This document shows positions 52,001 through 64,000 of a stretch of DNA of 64,000 nucleotides, piece by piece. The notes beneath the pieces were generated by a model. The model saw only the letters and a list, made by a program, of their open reading frames with translations, searched no databases and had not been told where the DNA came from. The first letter of the stretch is position 1; the number at the start of each line of letters is the position of its first letter. A program made the translations under genes and the position numbers. Origin of the DNA: Tubulanus polymorphus (lineage: Eukaryota; Animalia; Nemertea); assembly GCF_964204645.1 (NCBI RefSeq), contig NC_134026.1, positions 19,750,150 to 19,814,149 of the forward strand, given 5' to 3'.

Positions 52001-55000
52001 CACCTTTGAAAAGGAATACAGTCATCCCCACACGAAAATAGTACCAACATAGCAATAGGTATTTACCTTCAATGGACCAAGCCTGTACAAAACCTTCGTG
52101 ATAACCAACTGCCATCGCCTCGCCATTATTCGCGAGTTTCACACAAGCTGCCGGACCAAAATCTTCGCGATCTTTCGCTTGCAATGTGTTCATCAATACA
52201 CCAAGATTTCCCGACCAGACTTTCACTTTTTGGTCATCGCTGACGGTTACTAATTCCCTGCCGGTGTTCGAGAATGTAAGTGAATTGATTGCCAATGCGT
52301 GTCCCGATATCGTCGCAATCTAGATTGTACGGAAATCAAATACGATGTCAAATATTTTTTCTTCACTTTTACAGAGATCTTCATTTTCTTCACTTTTACA
52401 GGAAAAACTTTTATCCCTTTCAAAGGTGACACTTAAGGCTTGTTAAAAACTGTTCATATCTTTGAAATGCCATGAGAAATCTCACTTTTTGCGCAAAGTA
52501 GAGAATCTTAGTTAAATCAAGTTTAGTCAAACTTGTTCGAATATACACGGCCGCCAATCTCTGAAAAGTGCTATCAGTAACAAATTGAATTCTTTTCTGC
52601 AACATTTCATTGAAATATGAAAGTTCAGGCAGTAATTAACAGTAATTATCCAGTAATCAACAGTAAGACCCTCAGTAACATCGTTCATATTTCTGTACGT
52701 TAACAAATAAAATCAGTATTTCTCATTTTAAATGAAATACTGAAAATCAAGAATAGTAAAGTTGGCAGCTCTGAATGAAGTCAAATATTGCACACAAAAC
52801 AAAATTCTCCAAAAAATCTCGTTCTTATATGACATGAAATTATGTTTTTTTCTTCTTACCTGCGAACCATTGGTCGCTGACCAGAGTTTCACCTCGCCGT
52901 CAAGAGCTGCTGAAGCAATGTGAATTCCATCAGGTGAATAAGACACGTGACGTACCGACGTCATGTGACCCCGCAGAATCTAGATCGAAGTTTTGAAAAA
53001 TATTTTGGTTAGCAAATACCCTCCTGCATTACTACTGTGTGCGCTAGCCAACCGTACAACATCGGATTTCTCTTCAGATGAAATTAAAAATCTTCACAAA
53101 TTGTATCAGTTTCAAATGAGAACTACCAAATATGAACCCAAATGATTGATCCTGAAGATGAATTTATGGATATGAAAGGCTTAAAGTAAGTCCTTCTGTC
53201 AGAGGCACACCAGGAAGGATAGCTTATCGCAAGGGGTCATTATTGACAAAATAATTGAGAAAATTGAAATTTATCTATAAATCACCGCACTCCTAGACCC
53301 ACAAACTTACTGCTTTTCGATTATTTCTCTTTTCGAAAATATTCCAGATTTTGATGGTTGCATCCCAGCCACCAGTGATTATTTCATCCTGCTGAGGATG
53401 GAAGGCCACACAGTTCACAGGTCGGCTGAAATTTCGAAAGAAAAGGGAAATACATAATAATGGAGGTGAAAAAGTTAGATCTAAATTTCTGCGAAGTGCA
53501 GAAACAGTGGTGTTAGTGTTATAAATCGACTAGCGTTATTTACTATTTGGTGCAGTTTTACAAAAAGAATTAACTCCTTATTCGATTGAGCATTAACTGA
53601 ATTAACGAAGAAACTAAATTGATTCGAGAAATACGTTAACCTTTCCGTGAAACTTGGGCCAGAGCAGAATAGCCCTATTTCCAAGTTCAGTACTGGGTAT
53701 TATCTAAATTATTGCTTAGAATCTTTTTTCTAACATTTGAATTTCATTTCCATTAAATTGTGTACACAAATTTTCAATAAACTCACATTCGTCACAAAAT
53801 GACATTACAGTGAGCTATTGCTTAGAATCCCTGTGATATATTTTTGTGACAATTTTCTAGTAAACTTATTATAGAAAATTAACTATTATACTATCACTAT
53901 TACCGTATCTTCTAAGAAACGATTTTACAGGGGAAACATATATAAGCTGTACTTACTAATCAGTGATGTAGCTTGTCATAAGTTTACCATCTTTCCCGGA
54001 CCAGATTTTGACTTTACAATCCCAGCTAGCAGACGCGATTAGTTCTCCGGATCTATTACAAGCGCAAGACCTCACTTCACGATTGTGTCCTTTCATTATC
54101 GCGATTCTACGAAAACAAGCGTAAATTCTGATGAAGGGCATTTGCAAACGATGCACAGTAAACCAGGCTTTGCTACAAAACTTGAAACTGCCAAGGTAAA
54201 ACCCATAATCAAGCTATTGGTAGTGGGAGTATTATGAAAGAATGCTAGAATGGTAAATTTCTAAACTAATGCAGTAGACTCTCAATAGAAATGGTTTTTT
54301 TTTTAAAGTTAACCATGGAAACTGAATGCCTATGCACAACTTTTTAATCTGACCAGGAGGTAAAAAAAGTCTATGTTCACAAGTAAAATCTTAACCCATT
54401 ATGCGATTAAAAATAGGTCCTTAGGGATTCTGAATAACAGATAACCTTATGGGCCACCCCTAGATCAATGACATTTGCTAGATCCATGACTAGGTCCTTA
54501 GTCTTTCTTATCTCAAACGCACTTATTCAAACTAGGGGTCCAGGGACACCATGCCCACTTGGGAAGTCGTTTCAAATGCTCAACAATCTAACAATTTCAA
54601 TATATAACGCCCCCTGGCAACCATATACAAAAACCAATGACCTTGAAACCCACCACAATCATAAAGTCCCAAGTGGGCTTAAAGTGAAACACTGACCTGT
54701 GGCCATCATTTACATTCCATAAGCTCAGTGTGTTATCGGCAGAAGCTGTACACAACCTGTCCGATCCAGCAAAACATATCGATGTTATCGCGTCAGAATG
54801 GCCAATGAATATTCTCAGTTCCTGTAAATAAATCAGCAATAAACTCCTGTAACATTAAATAGCATTACATATGAATAGACCAATAAAATCATTGGAATCG
54901 CAGAACACTAACCTTGCCGGTATCAATATCAAACATTTTCACAATATTGTTCTTCGTTCCGCAAACAAAGCTTTGGTTGTCGGGTGACATCGCCACGCAG

Positions 55001-58000
55001 GTCACAGGCTAAAAGAAAGTCATTGTCATGGTAATGACTGATGAATACTGGAAATGGATAGGTATTGCACCTCTAAGGCTGTGACGGAAGTCTCAAATGT
55101 GCAACCGGCACCTGGAGATCGGAATTGCTAGAATAATTAAGTGTCGAGAAAGTTCGACATTGACTTCAATCTTATTTTAGTATGATATTGAGGAGAGCAC
55201 AAGTATTCTTCTGCTTATAAATTAACCAGCGAGCCTTCAAATATTCACGGCCTTAGCCTTTGAAATGCTTAAAAGCCTAAATCACGGATATAATAGGCTG
55301 CTGAAAGCATGTTGGAAATGAAAGAAATATTACCGTATTAAAGCCAGGTATTGTCATGGAGCATTGCGATTTTTGCATCGATTGGTTTTGCCAGAACATC
55401 ATTGATTGACTTCTGCTTTTCGTCGCCATTTGTCCATCAACATACGGAGCACTGCCGGGTACGTCATTAGCCGCCTGCTGCGTTACCAAATTTGGAAATC
55501 TGAAATTCATAAAGATGTTTAATTTGCATTCTCTTTCTGTACTTCCAATGATGGCCATTCTTGACTAAAACCATGCCCAACCAGAACAACCCACTGATAT
55601 ATTTGAATGCTGTATCAACATTTTTGAAGCGACCTCTTTTAAATACAGGCATGGATATCAAAACATAGCTTCAAGCACTCATTTTGAAGACATTCGAACT
55701 GATAACTTTCTCGCTACCATCATTTCAACTCGGTCTGAAGAATACGCACAGACCAAGTCACATCTACGAAGCTTAAGATGATTTACGATAAATGCCCCAT
55801 TCTACATTTCATTGCGCATAAATCATTTTATGGTACCAGGTAGCCATTAAGTCTTATCACATACCTTATGAAAATGTGCTGATTTTTTTTAAGGAATTCT
55901 CTGTATTCAACGATTCGTTGACTGTTCAGAAATTTCAGTCTTTCCCGACCAGTACCTTTGATTTCTAAAACAAACCATATTTATTCATAGGTTGAGTATT
56001 AATACAATGATAGTGATGACACAGATGTTTTATTACAAACTGATTTAGGCACCTGGAACTTGAAAATCGTCGAGCAACTTGGTTATTTTTCCGTACTGGC
56101 ATTTTCTACAGATGAAAATGAGATCGCAAAGAGTTTCTCCCAGAGTTTTATAATCGCCACAACACGCCTTGAAAATCGGAGAAAAAACAATGCAAATACC
56201 GGTGAAGGGATCAAAGGCCCAATTTGACGAAAAGGATATAAATTCAATCGATTGAAGATAAACTAAGTTGATAATGGAACAAGCCACAGGGGACAATGGT
56301 TCTCTGGCTCAGGCTCGAATTTCTCTCTGAATTCCCATGCGTTAGTTCCCCTTGCATTATTGATATGTTATATGCAGGGCCAATAGTTAAATTTTGTCAA
56401 TACAATTTTTTGAATTTCAACCCATTTCTCAGTTATGAGGCCTTCTTCAAGGTAATGCCGCCGAAAAACAAGTTTTAATGTCAAGTTCTGTCGCTAGGTG
56501 GTGCACTGGGCCCATTCTTTGCACTGCACACAAGTAGACCCCCATCATAACATTGTATCCAAGTTACATCAAGATCGACCCACTATTAACAAAGCTAAGT
56601 CACTGAACGACAGAAACACAGACAGACAGTAAGAATATAAGGGTCACATAACAGAAGCCTGAGAACCAATAAAATAGATTGAAGAGTTAAATACTTATTA
56701 TGAAAGTGGGTGACTGATCGAAGTGCTGATCGAAGAATAATTACCAAATGGTACGGTAGTTCTTTGAACGCCCGTATGTTTTTTCCGCACCAAGGTACAT
56801 CCATATTCCACTGACAGGCTTGCTGATAGAAATATCCTTATAAATAAATTTCAATACAAATACAATCATTTCAATACAAATACAATCAATGAATGCTTCA
56901 GCTCAAAAATGAATGCTTACAAAAAAGGTGCTTCTTATAATGTAAAATGAAGCTGAGCACGTGGTTACCATGGTTAACCCTTCCAGTGCTCACGAAAAAT
57001 ACCCTCAAGTGCTGGAGATAATTTGAAAATATTCAAAAATTCCACCCCAGTACATTGAATTATAGGCACACCACTATGATGTGGTGTACTAGCAAAGTCA
57101 GTCACCAATTAATACACCGCACTATGGCGTAGATGCACTGAAAGACTTAAAATAGCTTTGAAAATTACTGGATAGGAGGTATGCATTTTGAATACCGGTA
57201 GCTATGCTTAATTCATTGATGATATCATTCAACAGACAATTTCTAAAGATGAGTTTGACTGATGCTCCTTTGCTGACGATCATGAGAAGTCTCGAACTTG
57301 CTTTCCACATAAAGTCGGATGAGGCTTATCTTAAAAGAAAAAGACAAGTTCCAGTGCGTACCTGCGAGAATGGCGTGTAAGTGTAATTCCCGTCCAGACG
57401 AAAACCCTCTCAAATAACGATGATGTACAGCTTCAATGATATCATTATGAGCAAGCGTAATTGGTCCATCCCTAAATACACATCATTTAAATCAGTAAAT
57501 AATTTTGCAGCATCAACTAACATTTTCCACAATTTGAATTCAAATTTCAATTCTACAGCTGCAAATCAATTTTTCATTTTTCTTTCTCAACCTCGATGTG
57601 TTGATGTTTCTTTTTCTTATTTGAAGTATTTTCTTAAGGGAACCACAATTCGAGACTGTATTTCAAAATATGGATGGAAAATAACTCTTGAATCTATCTC
57701 AGCATTAATATCATCAGTCAGTGACGACCGGTATGAACTTACATGTTCGCAGTAGTTTCTCGTAGGAACGTACGTATAGACCGCAATAAACCGGCATATT
57801 TAGCTGGAGGAACAAGTTCGTCAGCGCTCAGTTTCATATTGATTACAGCTTGTACGGTGGCTGATGAACTCTTCAGTTGTAAACCGTAGCTCAGCGTCGC
57901 GTAAAGTTCTTCATCTAACAAACCTGAATCAAAAATCATTATCAATCCGTCAATCTCTCAAGTACTCCAACCAATGCACTCAACAGACCACAATTAATAA

Positions 58001-61000
58001 TATGAATGCATCTGAAATATCTTGATCTCAGAACTGACTATTGTCATTCCTTTTAGGGTATAGTTTACAATAAAAATGTGAGTACATTGACATCAAAAAT
58101 ACGACCGATCGTTTAATCGAAAACCAACAATCATAGATCAAATATTCTGCAAATAAGTTCGCTTATTCAAACAGTCAATGCACACACGCTTACCATCTCG
58201 GACACAGGCCAATAATGATAATGCAGTTGCAATGAGGACCTTCCCATGATCTGATTCCAATCTGGCGAGAATATCTTGAAGCAGGCTGTGAACAGTTTGA
58301 GGCATCGATTTCAGCTTTTCACCGATCTGTGAAATATCAAACAATTACATCATCACTGCATTCTTTCAATGTACGTGTTTTTTTTTCTAACACACCATTA
58401 AAATAGGTTATCCACTAAGACCAGATGATAGTTTGATAGATATTTAGTATTCAATCTGTACTTCTATTGAATAAAGCATTTGTCATTCATAAAAGATCTG
58501 GATTAAAGGCAGTTGACAGTGTACTTTATTTTTACCTTCTCGAAAACTCCAAAAACGCGTAGCTCTTCACACGCTAGACTCAAGTACAGCGGATGGTTGC
58601 CATCTTTTTTGGATGTTAGTGCTTTCATCTGCAAAATAGGGAAACTTTAGGCAGGTTTTGATTTAGCGTATCCCGGATGAGGAATGGCAATTCCACATCT
58701 ACCGGTCTTCTATCAGGTTTACAGATTATGCTATTTCTGAGTAAAAAGTATTTCTGGTCGAAACGAATGCACGGGAAGAGATTTCCAGAATCGGAGGAGA
58801 CCAATCGAAACCGGTCGTATAAACATAACTGAAGTTTTGACACAGATGTTGATCCAGCACTGGGCGTGCAGGTACCGGATAGCGTCGGCAGTGCGATAAA
58901 CTGTGTCCATTCGAGTGGAACTTACTATGTCGCTCAGTCATCCATAAAATTATAAAGATGTTAGTGGAATACTCCCATAAAATCGATCCTGGGCACAGCC
59001 ATATTGCTTTTGATAAAATCAGTTCGACATAGAAAACAGATCCATCGAAAGGATCAAACGAACACCAATCACAAATTTCAAAATCATTCACACTAAATAC
59101 CTGGTTATTGAAGGGCGATTCGTCGAGCGTTTTCCTATGAATTGCAAGACGTTGGCGAACGATGTCGGCTTTTTCGAGCAGATTCAACGGCCCAATACCG
59201 ACGCCGGTACACTTGCGGTAGGAGAGGTTTTTGTGACATGCGCCATGTTCGACCACCGATCCGACGACAAGAACATTCTGTAAAGATGAATCGCCCCGAG
59301 ACAACTAAATTTCCAACGCATAATGGTCAGTCCGGGAAGAATTGCGATGAAAGGCCATCTCTAGCTGCCACATGGACACTGATTCACACCCACTGTCAGC
59401 ACAAAAAGTTCCCCAATCTAATGCACCCAACAATCACATGTCTCTTTGTTTGCGTAAATTCTAATCAGATACAGAATCATATGGGATGATTATCTCTTTT
59501 GACAAACAAAGGTCGTGCTGAAATTGCTTTCTTGTTTTAAAACATGATCGGCATATCAGCGTTTAACAATTAAAGTGATTTTGAGGTAACAAAACCAGTT
59601 TCTGACTTGTGGCAGGGGAAGTGTGGTGAATACAGCCATGGAGATCTTCAAATGTACAAATCTTCATTATGATTGCTTGAGTGGACCAGTATCCGACCTA
59701 TAACTGACCTGTATCATAGGATTTGGCAGCCACATGAGAGATTTGGCGTCATGCGCATCGGTCAAATTGTCGAGTCCATCGAGAAACAGTATCAGTCTAC
59801 AACCCACGCTGTGTGCCGTTTCTAACTGACTGTGGAATGTTTCAACGAGATTCCTGAAATAGAAATAGTTTCAGTATATTTTGCGTAATATATATATTGA
59901 TACAAAGAATAACGTGATTATGATACGATACATGACAGTATGAGAATACATGTATAACGACAATCATCGTAGCAATAGATTACGCGAGGAATTAGGAAAC
60001 GCCAAAGTTGGCTTAATTTAATCCTAATCCTCATTCACCCTCATATGCACTCGTAACCAGACATCATAAGATACATACAAAATGGAAAAGCGAGTAACGG
60101 TGTCAACCAATAGTTGGACGTTAAATGATATGTGAACGAGCGTTTGATAAATTCATCATCAGGGCTGTCAACATCAAAATAAGGACAAATGAAAGTTGCT
60201 CATACCATTAAGTGGAATAAAGCATTATGAAGAATAAATGAAAAACTAATTTCCCTAGAAGTCGAACAACTAGAACATTCTCGTCCACAAGAAGATCTTC
60301 ATATCGACATGTCTGTTTTTGAAGGCTATACATACCCGGTATTTCTATATAAATATCAAGCCCTTTTTTACTGCATCCCAAAGCCACACATAAATTTATT
60401 ATGTTTTTGATAATTCAAACAAGAAATGCCAATTAGACATGGAAATCCAAGAAATTCCTTCTCTTATGTAGAACATGAAAAGTCTTACTTGTATTCCTGA
60501 GGAAATACTGCGGAATCATTGTGAAAGTTTTGGTACAGCATATGGCAAAGATGTCGCAATAGCACTACGATATTGTTCGAACCGGGAGTTCCACCGACGA
60601 AATGACTGATGATGAACGTGTTGTGATGACGATTTTCGGCCATATTGTGAATGAGTTGAGCCTAGAAATAAAATAATTTCAGATTCTATAATAGGTTCGA
60701 AGATAGAAACTCGCTAGCCTATAAAAAGAGGATCAAATACAAACCATGAAGGCTGTTTTGCCCGAGCCGGATTTCCCATGTATAAGAAGCGTTCCAGTTT
60801 TCAGCTGACGAATGTGGTCGGAACACTGCTTTATCAGCGCTTCCCTACCGGTGAATAATTGCCTCTGCGATTCAGCGTAAGCTTCTTGTAACAGTCTTTG
60901 ATGCAATTCTTCATCGAGTAAAGCATCCTTAATTATGTGAACATGAAATTACACAAATAAGAGAACATGTTAATCAGTAGATATTGAATATTTTAAATTG

Positions 61001-63108
61001 CTGAACGTTGCTGAATTAATATCAAGGTTGGCCATTCATTAATCCTGAGTTTGAGCCTGGTGGTAGCTTTCCCATTTTGTCTCACCCCCAACAGTTAGCA
61101 ACGAGACCATTTCGACATTGCTCTGGCAAGTGATACCGATTGATTTTCATCTTTTTGAACATTCATTTATATCTGGCTTCATAATCAGTCGTGAATCTAT
61201 TCTTAATATATCATGAACAGATTCAATCATGACTGGTCAGTGGTAGACTGATATTAAGTTTATAACATTGGATATTGAGTTTCGTCAAATGTTTAGAACT
61301 GTCAGAAAACAAATGGTAAAATCATCAACAGTGGGTTTTATTATATCCAATCATTTTTATGCACTGGCATATTGTATGTTTTTCTATACCTTTTCGTCGG
61401 GGTAGTATTTCAAAATGGCATTCCACAAGTTGTTCAAAGCTCTTCTGCCGAATTCCTCCAAACCAGCTGTAATCGGTTTTCCATCAACGACACCTCCCCA
61501 TTGACAGGGATAACTAAACAATACAAACCTAGTTTTCAAATTCATTCCACTCAAATGACTGGCATTTTGAAAAAGTCTGAACTATTTTCTCTTTCATTAA
61601 ATTGAAGTGATAAAGTTACTGATGGTTCTTACCCGTCGAAGCATTCGATACCACTTGATTTTATTCTCGATTTCAGTAGCAACATTTTCTTCTCGCTTCG
61701 TTTGTTCTCCGCAACGAAGTCTTTCCTCCTTTCTTTCGGAACGTCGCTGAAAAAGCCAAAATAATATTCACGAATATCAATCAGGAAGATTGGGGTAGAT
61801 TTATTAACCTTTTCACTACAGTGCGGTGTAGCCATCTGATCTAAATCAAAAATTAAAGATGGCAGCACCTGTCAAATGTTGTGAAATATAATCAACTAAT
61901 GAAACACTGTACCATGCATCCTCTCCGGCAGGGATTTGAACCTGTTGGCATCGCTACACCCAGTCATGGCACAAAACCCTGCCACAATAGCCTGAGTGTG
62001 CAGATACATGTGCAGGTTTGGGGCACAAAAACTATCGGCACCAATCAGATTACCAGTTGTGTAATGGCTGGGGCAAATCTCACCAGTAAACTATAAAACC
62101 CAGGGCTCTGTAATTGGCTAATAATGACACAATCTAAGCAGCACATATAACCACGTACTCAGGCTAATCAAACAGGGTTTCGCACCATGGGGAGTCTCTA
62201 TGTCATCAAGTTCGAATCCCTGTCAAGGTAGACGCAATATAGAGGTCTTTCAGCCATGTGCTTTTTCGACGCGACTACGCGCAATATCGGTTGGCAAACA
62301 CGATATGTGATTAACATGACAGTCCCGAGACTCGAAGTTATGTATGGCAAGTATCCAGCACTGGTTGGGCAAACAAACTATGATGTCACGTGCAAGACTC
62401 TACAGTGGTAATGTTAGAATAGTCTGCAGCAATATACGGTAGGAAACTGTCAGTAGTGAAATGGTTAATACCTGTTTCAAACAAAACCGCCTCATCTAGA
62501 TAACTATATAAATTGGTTAGAGGTATTTTGGAGGACACATCACGGTTATTGGGGTGGGGTGTTTCATGTTGATGTGGCAACTTTTATGGTCGTAAATAAC
62601 CGCAGGAAGGTTTTTCGCATAGTTTAAAATGTGAATAAATTACAAGGAGGCATTAGATTTAGTAAAAGGAAATCATAACAAAATGAAACACAAAACATCA
62701 TCAGCCATTTTGGAAGTCATCTCCCACTGTGAGAAAATTAGTTAACTATAGCTATTGGCAATTCAATGAAGAAGTTTATGAACTATTTTTCTGATTACTG
62801 TAACGCTGATACATTTATGTCTTCCCATCAACCAACCTGTTGAAGACAGGTATCCTGCTAGTTACCTCATAAATGAATTGTCTCGAAGGAAGAAAAATGC
62901 GCGTTCTCGAGTTTCATCTGGTTTTGCCAGCGCTCCGTAGACCATTTCTAACTCGGTCAAGGACGCTCCTTTGGGATGACATTTCAGCCAATCGAATTCT
63001 GACGAGTCGGGTATGACGTAGTCATCGGGAACCCATCCGTATCGGTCACCGAGAAGACCGATGAAAAACTGACATTTATTCACTTCACTCAAACATAGTT
63101 CCAGTGTC
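43023..63108 (-). CDS. TEP1: Telomerase protein component 1 (TEP1), 5'-partial: DUF4062, NACHT, WD40 repeats
   Basis: Phase-consistent GT-AG exons in transcript order: 63108-62866, 61746-61633, 61513-61390, 60927-60745, 60661-60489, 59853-59709, 59277-59101, 58628-58536, 58326-58194, 57923-57743, 57471-57362, 56836-56745, 56167-56053, 55964-55865, 55499-55334, 55008-54913, 54821-54697, 54106-53957, 53425-53311, 52979-52860, 52319-52067, 51513-51383, 50475-50318, 49811-49694, 48942-48835, 48744-48637, 48046-47908, 47368-47202, 46705-46488, 46404-46323, then 45564-45422, 45208-45038, 44925-44814, 44317-44132, 43799-43698, 43187-43023 (TAG). TEP1-like motifs LELCLSEV..FIGLLGDRYGW, YPCQWGGVVDGKP..GLEEFG, PLYLSLACEELR, ELPYHL, FPNLVTQQAAN. 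Confidence 0.88.
45864..46283. mobile_element. Second piggyBac-like MITE in a TEP1 intron
   Basis: ctttttgctgcata ... tatgcagcgaaaggg|ttaa inverted termini. Confidence 0.5.
54529..54683 (-). mobile_element. Internally deleted copy of the 24851-26062 element in a TEP1 intron
   Basis: Reverse complement of both termini plus a partial 154-bp unit. Confidence 0.75.
59709..60927 (-). CDS. TEP1: NACHT NTPase core exons of TEP1
   Basis: Walker A HGKSGSGKTAFM (exon 60927-60745), ISHFVGGTPGS, Walker B LILFLDGLD (exon 59853-59709). Confidence 0.88.
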
Positions 63109-64000
63109 CTACAAGCAAAAAAAAGCAGTGTTATTTATGATTTATGGTATAAGGCTAAAAAAATCGATACAGTTTCTCATTTGTGCTGATGTTGAAAGTT
63201 GAGTTGACCGGTCACCTATCTACCATGTACGGGTACATCAATTTTTTTTTCAATCATGATCAAGCTAACCAAGACCCAGGAGCTATAGAAATGAACTGAT
63301 TAATCAACTTATCACAGTTAACAAAGTGACCCGGCCAATTAGGAGAAACACGTTATCATTCCTTAGTCTAACGGATACCAGGCTTGTAGCCGAGCGGTCA
63401 CTTATTCATGCCCCTTAAACCTTTCTTTCTGTTCAACAATGCACTTGATTCATGCAGTCAAATTCCTCGATATACCACCCACATCGGTGATCAAAATAGA
63501 GAGGTTCCGTTAGGCAGGGGTTGCGGTACACCAGGTACACCAGGCTGTATATGCTAATCATTCATGAAATACAAACGAAAATACACATATCTTTTTCTAA
63601 GTTTAAAATCTCACAGCACTGCTATAGACTCTAATTGAAAATGATATATTGCTAGTAGATAATTTGATGATGCTGATAAAGAATTTAGGACAGGCCATCT
63701 TAGATGGCAGCGTCTATCAATAATGTTGTTTTCAGTTAATGGGAGTCCTGTCCACAATAAAACATTTAGAAGAGAGGTACAGAATTCTGTATCAACGTTG
63801 CTCCAAACATACCAGTACTCATTTATTCAAGAATGTTTCATCTTTTACTGAAAATTTTGTGGGATTATACACATTTTGTAATCACAATCAATTGCAAATT
63901 TTGTGGCTAATGACATGTTCTTAAATTGTAGTTTCAAAATCAAATATAGCTGCAAAGCAGCGATAATGGGTTTTCGGCCTAGCAGCATCATTAATATGTA

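Noticed and set aside
53956-53958. Apparent in-frame TAG ending a TEP1 WD40 ORF
   Set aside because: The G belongs to the GT donor; the split codon TA|C encodes Tyr.
61915-61975. B-box-like GGTTCAAATCCC on the minus strand (similar at ~5230 and, on the plus strand, ~62210) as tRNA or vault RNA
   Set aside because: No cloverleaf or clear A-box plus terminator could be built; more likely decayed tRNA-derived SINE pieces.

Overview
AT-rich metazoan (probably lophotrochozoan invertebrate; inference) genomic DNA with spliced GT-AG genes, so most ORF-track calls are exon fragments or noise. Three gene-level units: (1) + strand ZFYVE9/SARA (endofin family; FYVE, Smad-binding domain, PP1 motif, C-terminal SARA domain), 16 in-phase exons from <3 to 18544, 5' end outside the window; (2) three paralogous class-A GPCRs with single-exon CDS (FMRFamide/peptide-receptor-like), two intact and one disrupted by an insertion plus a frameshift; (3) - strand TEP1 (DUF4062, NACHT, WD40 repeats), 30 in-phase exons from 63108 to 43023, N-terminus outside the window. 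Introns and intergenic DNA carry many non-autonomous elements: Harbinger-, piggyBac-, Sola- and mariner-like MITEs, Helentron-like elements (one with a 154-bp tandem array) and LINE fragments. I see no unambiguous new multi-gene system. The best leads are a foldback element built from E2F-like palindromes, the diversifying GPCR cluster, a triple-nested MITE stack with CWG target specificity, a candidate SARA microexon and a JNK-docking-like motif in SARA.
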